Positions 37,222 through 48,160 of a DNA stretch of 64,000 bases are shown in pieces. How positions within the stretch are numbered: position 1 is the first letter of the stretch; the number at the start of each line of letters is the position of its first letter. The translations under genes and the position numbers were made by a program. Source of the stretch: Camelus ferus (lineage: Eukaryota); NCBI RefSeq assembly GCF_009834535.1, contig NC_045696.1, positions 118,360,001-118,424,000 on the forward strand, given 5' to 3'. The notes below the pieces were generated by a model, which did no database searches, was not told the DNA's origin, and saw nothing but the letters and a program-made list of their open reading frames with translations.

Positions 37222-39943
37222 CTGTTACTGATTTCAGGTTTCATTTCTTGTGGTCTGAGAGCAGACACTGTGTGATTTCTGTTCTTTCGGATTTGTTAAG
37301 GTGTGTTTTATGGTCCAGAATGGGCTATCTCTCTGTGTTCCCGTGAGCTGGAGCCCATTTAACCTGCTGCTGTTGAGTGAAGTAGTCCATGGCTGTCAGT
37401 TACAGCCAGCTGATGGTTGATGGTGTGGAGTGCAGCCATGTCCTTCTGATTATCTGCCTGCCCAGTCTGTCCGTTTCTGCTAGAGGGGTGTTGAATTGCC
37501 AGCCATGATAGTGGATTCTTTTGTTTCTCTGCAGTTTCACTGGGTTTTGCCTCACATAGTGTGATGCTCTGTTGTTAGGTGCATGCGTGTTAACATGGTA
37601 TACTGTTCTCTATCTCTTCACTTTCAATCTACATGTGTCTATATTTAAAGTGGGTTTCTTGTAGGCAACATACAGTTGGGTCTTGTTTGTTGATCCACTC
37701 TGACAATGTCTGTCTTTTCACTGGTGCATTTAGGTGATCTGCACTGGTGCTCAAAATGATTATTGACACAGTTGGATTATTATCGGTCTTATTTGTCACT
37801 GTTTTCTGTTACCCTTGTTCTTTGTTCTTATCTTTGTCTTCCACTCTTTTTCTGCCTTTTATACTTATAATTAGGCATTTTAGATCATTCCATTTTCTCT
37901 CCTTTCTCAGAATATTGGTTATACTTCTTTTATTTTTTTTTAAAGTTACCCTAGATTTTACAATATACATTTTAGCAATTCCACTTTCAAATAACACTAT
38001 ACTGCTTCACAGATAGTGTCAGTACCTTATAATAAGTAACAAAAGTAGTTCTGATTCCTCCCTGGGGTCCCGTGTATCATTTCTGTCATTCGTTTCATTT
38101 ACACATAAGCATATAAATACACATGTATGTATGTATATTTACACACGCGTAAGCATTGGTTGAATACATTGTTGGTATTATTATTGTAAACAAATCATTA
38201 TCTGTTGTATAAGTTAAGAGTAAGAAAAATAAAAGGTTTTATTTCATTTTTATTCCTTCTTATGCCTTTCTTTATGTAGATCAGGGTCAAAAATTATTTT
38301 CCTTTTCTCTAAAGAACTTTTTAAGTAATTTTTTAGGAGGCAAGCCTACAGACAAACTCTCAATTTTTGCTTGTCTGAGAATGTCTCTATTTTTCCTTCA
38401 CTTTTGATGGATAATTTTGCAGGGTACAGAATTCTAGGTTGGTGAGTTTTTCCCTCTCAACATTTTAAATGTTTCACTTCACACTCTTCTGTTTTGCATG
38501 GCTTCTGAGGATAAGTTTGATGTAATTCTTACCTTTGTTCTTATATAGGTAAGTTGTTTTTTTTTTCTCCTTTAAGGACTTCATCTTTGATTTTCTGCAG
38601 TTTGGAAATGGTATGCCTAGATGTGGTTCTTTGCACGTTTATCCTGCTTGGTTCTCTGAGCTTAACAGTTCTGTGGTTTGGTGACTGACATTAATTTGGA
38701 GAATTTCTCCATCATTATTGTTCCAGATATTTTGCCTGTTCCTTTCTTTCTTCCCCTTCTGATATTCCCAGTATATGCATGTTATTTATACCTTTTGTAG
38801 TTGTCCGTAGTTCTTGGATTTTTGGTCTGTTTTTTTCAGGCTTCGTTCTCTTTGTTTTTTAGTTTTCAAGGATCCTATCACTCTGTCCTTTAGCTCAGAT
38901 TCTTTCCTTAGCTGTCCAGTCTGCTAATAAGCCCATCAAAGGTATTCTTCATTTCTGTTACAGTATTTTTTATCTCTAAAATTTCTTTTTGTTTCTTTCT
39001 TAGGATTTCCATCTTTTGCCTACATTGCCCATCTGTTCTTATGTGCTGTCTGCTTTATCCATTAGCGCCTTTAGCATATTAATCATAGTGGTTTTAAATT
39101 CCTGATTTCATAATTTCAACATCTTTGCCTTCTTTCGTTCTGATGCTTGCTCTGTCTCTTCAAATTGTTCTTTTTGCCTTTTGGTATGCCTTGTGATTTT
39201 TGTTGTTGTTGTTTTGGGTGTTTTGTCTGTTTGTTTTTATGATAGCCAGACAGGATGTACTGGTTAAAAGAAACTGCAGTAAACAGGCCATTGGTGACAT
39301 GGTGATAAGGAGAGAAGTGTTCTTTAGACATAGGGTCAGTGTTTCAGCGAGCCTGTGCCTCTGGACTGTGCCCTTCACAAGTGTCTCTCACATCTCCCTC
39401 CCCCACTTAGATGGGACAGGCCAGCAAGAGTAGGTTGGAGTTGAGATTTCCCTTCGCCCAGGTCATTTGGGTCTGACAGTATCCCAGCAGGTTAGGCTCT
39501 GGCTAACTAGCTTTCCCTGCAGGCAGGCCTTGCTACGAAGAAGATGAGGGGATTTTTCTCTGATATTTACTGTGGGGACCTGGTTGAGCTCCTGGAAGTC
39601 AGTCTCATAATATTGGGGGCCTCCGTGTGACTGGGCTTCCCTGGAGTGTGTACCTCTCAGTTGTCCAATGAGCTTCCAGCAGTCTGTCCATTCCAGTTCC
39701 AGTTCTCTTTCCACTGCACTGGCTCTGCCAGCGGTTTTGCTAGTTAGTCTTCTCTCTGCTGGATTGTCACTCCCTGTACTTGCCTGTCTGCCTCTCCTGT
39801 CTTGGGGGCAGCAGTTTGTCTGTGTCCTCCCTTCTCTTATGGGCCCAAGAAGAGGGTTTGATTCTTCAGTCTGCTCTGCTTTTTACTTAAGCTGGAGTAG
39901 TGACGTTCCAGCTGTTTATATGCAGAACCAGCAGCCTGAAGTC
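37222..39943 (-). mobile_element. Old L1 (L1MC/MD-type) 5' half, flanked by L2-like sequence
   Basis: Left end is the reverse complement of the endonuclease SDH region (ttgtggtctgagag); decayed ORF1 text (ggataattttgcagggtacagaattctaggttgg); 5' end near gaagtc at 39943. Confidence 0.85.
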
Positions 39944-41532
39944 CTTCCCCAGTTTGCTGTCAGACCTCTCCTCTTCTGGAATGCGGCTTCCCCTGTTGCC
40001 GCGTGTCGAATTCCTGATAGCTCCCCCTTCAAGGCTGAGTTTATCACCACTCTGTTGAGGAAGCATGTTCCAGTCTTTACAATTGGAAATATGTGTCTAT
40101 GCCATGTTCCAGGGGCATTTTCTTAATAACTTTTTGATGGTATTACTTAAGTTTGTTTGGTCTTACATTTATTTAGACCTACCAAGTGTGTTCAGTCTGC
40201 CAGTGTAGTCAGTACATTTATATTAATTTCCTTGTCACTGCAGATGGTAAGATAAATATGATGTGGGCCCTGAAGAAGCTCAGAGTTTAATAAAGAAAGC
40301 GGGCAAAAAAAGTTACAGTGGAAGATTATGGCTCTGTGATCGAGTACTTCCAGGAGCTCTGGTGTGAGCCCAGGTCTCATCTTTCAGACCTGATGGTCAG
40401 CCCGTGGCGGGCAGGGACCCAACCTTGTTTTTGTCTCACTGCAGAGTCCAGGTGATGCTTAATAAATGCTCACCAATGGTGACTCTTATCACTGCTGGTC
40501 AGTATTGTTCACTTTCAGTAATAGCAGTCTCTCACACTTTGAATCTTCAGAGACATCAGCACATGAAAAATATTATTGTCAGCCTCCTAGCCTGAGTTTA
40601 AACAAGATAATTTCATCTCATAATCTGTTGCCATCATCATCGAATTTATTTGATCTGTATTAAATATTATCTCCTATTTCAACTAATTTTAATATCCTTT
40701 TATTCTGCTAACCAGTTTTTGCCTCAAAGGGTTTTGTATTCGTTTCAATTAATTGTTCCTGATCTCAACCTAATGAGGTTGTTACGGTTCTCATTTTTAT
40801 TACCAGAAAAAAAACACCAAAAATGGATAATCAAAGGTAAATCAGGAAGCATCCAGTTTACAGCATTTCTAATTCAGAGGGTGAATCGTCCCTTCTGCAC
40901 CGACTTTGCCCTGCTTCAAAGACTGCGACATTTAGTGAAAGTCAGTATTATTTTAAATGATGGGAGATGCGGAGTTCAGAATAAAATATCATTTCTATAT
41001 TAGATACCAAAGAAGTCTGTTATTTGGTCTATCAAGGTCTATTCTAAAAGTGTATTTATAGCGTCTGTAATATCATTTGCAAATTAACATATTTATAACC
41101 TATTGCCAAAGAGCATCATCTTTTCTTCAAATGCGTTCTCCCCTCTCTTGAATCAGATGATTAAAATTCTTTCACTTACTTTTATCATTGTCGCTGTGAG
41201 TGTATTTAAAAGTAGACCTGACTGCCTACTGGGTATGCTGGTTGTTGTCTTCAGTTTCTAGTCTTTCATGTTTCTGGTGACTGTAGGATTATCGCGGGCA
41301 GCACTCCAGGCAGCTCACTCATCAGTTAATTCCATTCTCCGTGATTTGGTTAGATCTTTAAAGATCCAACTTTTTCATCGGATGCTTCCTTTTTTTATTG
41401 TTCCCCTGTGGGCCAAGCTTTAGAGGTAATCTGTTTAAGCAAACTTTGTTCCCCTGATTTTTTTATCTTATCATTTGATATTTTTTGGAGTCATTAATAA
41501 CTGCCAGAATTTTCTCTTTAAAACTGTAGGTA

Positions 41533-41710
41533 TGTGCTGTCCAGTTTGGTAGCCACCAGGCACATGCGGCTATTTAAATTTAAATTAATTTAGATTAAAT
41601 AAAATAAAATAAGTCTTCATAAGCTGCATCTCAAGTGCTAATGGCTACTATATAGGAAAGCACAGATGCAGAGCATTTCTAGCATCATAGGAAGTTCTGT
41701 TGGACAGTTG
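41533..41710 (-). mobile_element. MER3-like hAT DNA transposon
   Basis: gctgtccag..ggtagccaccaggcacatgcggctatttaaatttaaattaatt...aagttctgttggacag. Confidence 0.82.
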
Positions 41711-42980
41711 GTGCTGTGTAAATAATTTCATTGTTATATTTTTGTATAGTATGTGATAGGAATGTCTGCATTTTATTTTTTATTCATAGTGAACTTTTAG
41801 ATATGGCCTATGCTAAAAATTTACTTTTATTTCCTTTCTGTCTCCCTAAGAAACCTCCATGAAGTTTTATAGTATATATCTGATTTTTTGGGGTCAAATT
41901 TAGTTCTTACGCTACATTGTAGTGGGCAGCTTGAAATCAGAACACTTTGACAATGTTTTCTATAGTAATGATATACAAAAGTGATTTTATAGGTTAACTT
42001 GTTGGTTTTTTTCTTTCTTATTTAAAGTTCATCTTCTCCCCTGTTCCCATTTTGGGAGAAACACCACCAGTACCCTGGTCCAACATTGACTGTCACACTC
42101 ACAGAGTGAAGATATCCTAAATGTTGATATCTTTTTATACAGTTTCCTCCAAGCCCATTTTTTACTTAAATAAAAACCGAATTCCTCAGGGAAAGAAGAT
42201 CTTACAAGCAGTTTCGGAGCAGAATTGATTTTGGTGTGTGTTAATGCAGACAATCTGCCCAGTGTTAAAATGTTAAAAGGAAAAAACAACACACAAGCTG
42301 CCATGTTCGTGTGATCACACCAAAATAGCAGCTTGTATTTATATTTTCAGTCTCCTCGAGGTGGACTGCAGGCACACACGAGCGAGTGGCTGTGCTTGGT
42401 GCTGTGTTGTGATTTTATTTCACGCAGGCAGAGTACACGCTTGTGCGCGCGCGGCCAGCCCTCGCATATGCACGTCTTCACAGCCGAGAAGGCGACAAGG
42501 ACAACACAAGCCGCTCTCTAGGAGCTGTCGGCAACCTGGGTGTGTGTCTCTTAAATATTAAAGAGAGGAGACACAGATCCTTAGGAACACAGGGACCAGT
42601 GCTGTCAGACGGCCTGTAGTCCTTCCTCATTTGATAACATTTAGAGTAGAAACAAAATATTTGGTTATTACGGTTGTGTATATATATTTATTTAGAAATA
42701 CGTATTTTCCAGTACTGCTCATGTTTTTAACATGTGTTTTTCTCATTTCTGTTCCATTGAAGCTGCAGATCCTTACCACACATTTGTTCCAATTTATGGG
42801 ATATTTTTAAACTTGAAAACAATTTCGGAGTATGTGAGTGAAAATATAGGTGTGCTTGCCTCAGCCGTGGTGCCTGGATTAGTGTCCGGGCGCCCCAGGC
42901 TTCGGAGCTGGGGCAGCGGGGCCCTCATATCACCCTGAGCTGCTGACCTGAGGCATCTGCTCTCGTGAGAGCCTCCTTGT

Positions 42981-43227
42981 TATAAATTTGGGAGTTTGAG
43001 ATTTGCAAATGTTAGCCACTGTATATAAAAATAGATTTTAAAAATAATGACAGATTTCTTCTGTAGAGAACAGGGAACTGTGTTCAATATCTTGTAATAA
43101 CCTTTAATGAAAAAAAATATGAAAATGGATGTACATATGTATATGCATGACTGGGACGTTGTGCTGTACACCAGACAACATTGTAACTGACTGTAATTCA
43201 GTTTTTCAAAATAAATAAATAAATAAA
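42981..43227 (+). mobile_element. L1 3'-terminal fragment, same family as 36703-36928, with (AAAT)n tail
   Basis: Collinear with the 36703 copy; ends aaataaataaataaataaa. Confidence 0.87.
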
Positions 43228-45501
43228 GCCACTTTTTTTTTAGCACTGTTTATAGTTGTGCATTCACACATTGATTGAGAGCAGGTCACACAGTCAAGTC
43301 TGCCGGGTGGTAAAGTAATCCCTCATCCTGGACTATTCCTAGCAGGCAGGGCCTGTGCAGTCGTGTAACAGTATTTCCAGAACCTGCACACAGATTTGGG
43401 ACTGAAGCTACTTTAGTACTTGAAGGGTAAATGCTCTCAATCACTTTAAATTTTTTCTTAATTGTTGAAAAACCACAAAATAAAGCCTCTATTTTCAGTG
43501 TGACAAAGTCTCAAACTTAAAGTGCATGTTTCTATCTACCTATATTTTATTTCTAAATTTTTCACATTTATAGTACCAGTAGAATGTTTTTTGGGTTTTT
43601 TTGTTTTTGTTTTTTTTATGAGACAGAGGGGCAGTGGCGTAGAGGACTTGCTATGTAACTCAGAGCATCAGAGAGCTAGAAAGAAGCTTTGATGAAAACC
43701 TCTAGATGGTGACAGATGCCACCTCCTGAGAGGCCAGCGCCACCCGCCTGTTCCCCCTCTGCACCGCCTGGTGTTTCCTGTCACGCTGCCCCTTCTGCGG
43801 GTCGTCTCACCCATGGTGAGTTCACACACTCACCTTCCCTGATAGACTCGCGGGGATTTTTCTGCTCTCCTCTTGGGCTGGATCCCACCCCTTGCCATGA
43901 CAACAGATTCCCACCTTCTGTTCTTTGCCTTTTTAAAATCAGTGTCCACCTCCATCGTGGAGCCTCTCACAGCTCTGTGTTGCTCTTACCTTCACTGACT
44001 GCCAACAACAAAGGTAGCTGAACTGTGGTCTGCCCTTTCTTACACTTGGCCTACTCACCTCCAGTCTCTGAGTTCAGGATTTCATTTTCATTTTTCATTG
44101 GTTGATTGGTTTGCAGGTTTGTATATTTATTAATTCATTCAACAAATACTACTTGAGAAATTACTTTGTACCAACTACAATTCTAGAGGTTGAGGGTCCT
44201 GATAAAGCCTGGAGTGCCTCTTCTGTTCTTTTGTAGGTCCTGCAGTTGCTCCAGTTACTTTCCTTTTTAAAAATCTGTAAAATGTCTCTTTTCTCACTTA
44301 GATTTTCTTAAGTATTTAACTTTTATGTTTTATATTCTCATGTTCCCTGGTACCTGGCACCCATAGTAGGCATTTGTGTCATTGGTAGTCACCTACTGAA
44401 ATCCTTTTATTTTGCAAATGGATAAAATTGAAGCTCAGAAAGAATGACTTAAGAAAATATAACTAGTGGATGGCCGGAGTGGAAATGAGACCTGGGACTC
44501 CAGGTCTTTCCACTGGCCTATTATAATTTGTGTTAGTCTTACTTGCCTGAATGTAACACGTTTTCCATTCAAGAAGCATTTATCGAGCACCTTCTGTATG
44601 CAGAGCACTCTGTGAAGCAATCAGGAGCTGGAAACATGAGTGCATCACCTCAAGTCCTGTTCAGAAGGCAGTGGAGATGAAGTACATATCAGTACTATTT
44701 CTGCTCCCCCCGCTGGGCTCATATGCTCTAGTGTGTAGCCCCTCAGCCTTGGGAGTTTGGGGGCAGTTGATTCTTGTTGTGAGAGCTGTCGTATGCAGTG
44801 GGGGGTGTTGAGCAGCGGCCCTGACCTGGCTGCTGCGGGCTCTGTGAGGCATGCCTTGTAAACCTTTCCAGGGCGTCGGGCACCTTATCTGACAGGAGAG
44901 TTCTCTGAGGCCAGCTTTAGCGCTTTATGAGGTCTTAACAAAGAGTTTCACACTTGCACCCTTGGTTTCATCTTTAGACCTTGTTTCTCTGACCGACTCT
45001 TCTACTTGGTCTTTGCCGGAAAGCGGTGTCTTAATGCTTCGTTTGTTGTCTGGAGAGGAGGAGGGAAAGATGTCTTTTCAAGCCCAGTGAGTCCCAGCAT
45101 CTTCGTGCTGAGCGGTTCTTCCTTCCGCTTTGCGCCTTTCTTTCTACGATGAGTAACGAGTGAGACCAGGCAGCGCCCTCAGCACAGCCAGGCCGACTCT
45201 TTGGCTGCATCACCCAGTTTATCAGGTACCTTTCCTCCTTTCCAAACAACTAGAGGCTGCCGCGTTGCCGCTATAGAACAGGGAACCTCTTCTTTCCATT
45301 TTCCTTACGATGCCTTCCACACTTTGATTTCCACCCTCACTGGCAGCCTCGTGGGCTGTCTTGCTAAGCGTCTCTTCCGTACCCGTTAGTCTGTCACTGA
45401 GGCTCTAAGCAAGGCCCTCCCAGTTCTGTCCAGTCCCACAGGCACCTCTACCACATGCTTTATTGTTTTTTAGCAACAACCCAGTTTCAGGTATCAACAT
45501 C

Positions 45502-45765
45502 TGTGTTTGTTATCTATTACTACATAACAGATCAACCAGAAGTCATGACCGGGAACAGTTACCATGTATTTCATAGTTGCCGCATATCGTCGTGTGGAGG
45601 CCTGGCTAGGGCTGGGGTGTCCATGCTGGCCCCTCTCCTTATGAGTCTCTCCTTGGGACTGCCTGAATGTCTTCTCTCCAGAAGATTCTTCCCCCAAAGC
45701 AGACAGTCCAAGAGAGAAAGGAGATGTGTTAAAGAATTTGCAGATTTATTTTCAAAAGCCCCGCA
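45502..45765 (-). mobile_element. Internally deleted MLT1 LTR
   Basis: tgttatctattactacataaca start and aaagaatttgcagatttattttcaaaa end resemble MLT1F/H termini. Confidence 0.55.
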
Positions 45766-46974
45766 ATCCATATGCAGCTCCCCAGGTTTCCCAGACGACC
45801 TGCTCCGTTCTGTCCAGGTGGAAGGGGAGATGAAGGTGGGGCCTGATAGGGGTGCCGGACAGTGTGTGAATTTCACGGTCACACATCACTTCCATTCTCA
45901 GCCCATGGGCTGGAGCCCACATGGCCACAGCTAACTGAAAAGGAAGCTGGAAGGTTAAACCTGCCGTGTGCCTGGAGAAAAGAGTAAGCAGATTGGGCTG
46001 AGTAGGGAGAAGGGTGAAAAACATGCCCCGAAGTAGGGAGGCAGGAATCAAGAGTGTCTGGTGAGCTGTCACCCCGTGTCCAATTCTTCCTCTCTGGTCT
46101 TTGCTTGATTTATTCAGTTGTTTCAAAAATAAAGCAACAAACCAGAGTAAAGTGTTATAGTTAGTTTGGTGTTTAATAGTATTCTAGCGACTTTCCATCA
46201 GCGTGTTTTAAGTTTTGGATGAATGCTTGTTTTGGAATTCTGTTTGTGAAGGATGGACATGCATCAGTTGTTGGCCCTACAAGTCCTCCTGTGCTTCTCC
46301 GTCCTGCTGCGCGAGTATAAACCTTCACCAAGGGCTTCACGTTTTCCCTTGGGGCATCTTATTGAATGCTTGCATCTTCAGTAATTCATCTGGGCCCAGT
46401 GCTTTGTCTGTTTTAATACTTGTAATTACCTAATTATGTACTATAATGCCGTGACAAAGCCCTTTGTCATTTCACTCTTTTCTTAACCCTTTTCTTGCTG
46501 AGGAAATTTCTTTTTATCTCTCTGTTGTCTGAGGAGCTCTTCATTTTAGACAGCCCGGATATTTGCCTAGCGTCCCTTTACTGTCTGTCTGTATTGTGAC
46601 AGACCACGGGTCTGTTGGATGCCTTTCTAGCTAACTCCCCTCAGGTACCTGGCTTCCCAGTTCCTGGGGCTCCAGAGCTGGTGTTTAGGTGCCCTCCGTC
46701 CTCAATTCCTGATTCATTCCATACACTGCAGTCACAGGAGGAGATATCCAAAAGGCAAAGAGTGGAGTCTGGTTGACATAGACTACGTTTGTGACAGAAT
46801 TAGTGCCACTTGTCGTTCATAGATCTTCGATGTCCACAAATATCCATGGACAAATGTAATAGAAGTCAACAATAGTTTTCAAAATTATAGTGATGTGTAC
46901 TTCAGGATAACTAAAAATCAATGAGAATAAATTTTTCCTTATGTATTTTAGATAATAATGAAAGAAAAAAATGA

Positions 46975-48160
46975 TAGTCATAATCTCACCATTTGACAAC
47001 CTCTAATGAATTAGTACATCTAGGCAGTGATCATCGATCATCATAAAAAGAGAGATAAGCTAAAAATATATGCCTCCTGATGGAAGCACACAGCACCAAC
47101 TGTACCAGTCATCTACTGCTGCACTGTAAACTACCCCAAAGCTTAAAGCAGCAACAGAACTAATTTTGTTGGTTAATCTACAACTTGCGTGGAACTGAGC
47201 GGGACAGTTCATCTCTGTTCCACGTGGTGTTGGCCAGGCCAGCTGGAAGGTTGAGGACTGGAATCAACTGAAGGCGCGTTCACTCTCTGGTCTGGCTGTT
47301 GAAGCTGGCTCTCAGCAGAGACCTTCTGCAGCTGTGGCCAGAACACCTTCCCACGGCTCCCCTCCCTTGTAGCTGCTTGACGCCCTGGCAGCAGGGCGTC
47401 TGGGTTCCATGGGTGCCTCCAGATGGACAGGCAGACGGAAGCCCTGTCACAGCATCACTGGCTGTGTTCTCCTTGTGAGAAGCTCGTCACTGAGGGCAGC
47501 GCATATTCCGAGGGAGAGAAGTTTGGCTCCCCCACCTGTAAGGGAGGAGTGCGGAAGGATTTGTGAGCGTGTACTAAAGCCATCATACCGCCTGTGAAGG
47601 AATTTGTTGAAAGTTGAACCTGAATCTGATGAAGCCTCTACGTGTACCTACCAGTTCACAGAGGAAATACAACAGGAAGACAAATGTGACAAATAACAAG
47701 ATGGAGGAACAATAAGTAAAATTCAGAATGTGGGAAGTTCCTACAGGGTGAAGAACCAAATACACTGTGAGACAGTGAGAGGGATGGAGAGGGAGGGAGG
47801 GAGGGAGGAGAGTGAAAGAGCCTTAAGAGACACATATCAACAAACTGCAATGCATGGGTGCTTCTTGGATCTTGATTTAAGCAAACTGAAAAAATATAGG
47901 GAAATTTGAACATTAGATATTCAATTAATTATTTTTATCAGTTGTAGTGTTAAAGTGATACTATGGTTATGTTTTTAAAGAGTCTTTATCTTCTAGAAAT
48001 ACACACTGCAGTATTACAGATGTAATGATGTCTCAGATTGCTTCAAAATGTCACATCAAGGGAGGAGTGCACACAGGACAAGGGTTGATCGCTAGCGAGG
48101 CTGGGTGATGGGTATCCTGGGGTCCAGTCCACTGCTGTCTCTTCTTTATGGGTGGTTACG
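46975..48160 (+). mobile_element. L1MC-type 3' region interrupted by an MLT1 LTR
   Basis: tgcctcctgatggaag..cacc | tgtgaag..ttgaacctgaatctgatgaagcctcta; agtctttatcttctagaaatacacactg. Confidence 0.75.
47101..47587 (-). mobile_element. MLT1 (F/G/H-like) solo LTR nested in L1
   Basis: tgtaccagtcatctactgctg...aactaccccaaagctta start; degenerate 5-bp TSD ccaac/ccgcc. Confidence 0.75.

Noticed and set aside
43697..43714. Second CTCF-like core CCTCTAGATGGTGAC
   Set aside because: Weaker match with no upstream module; could occur by chance in 64 kb
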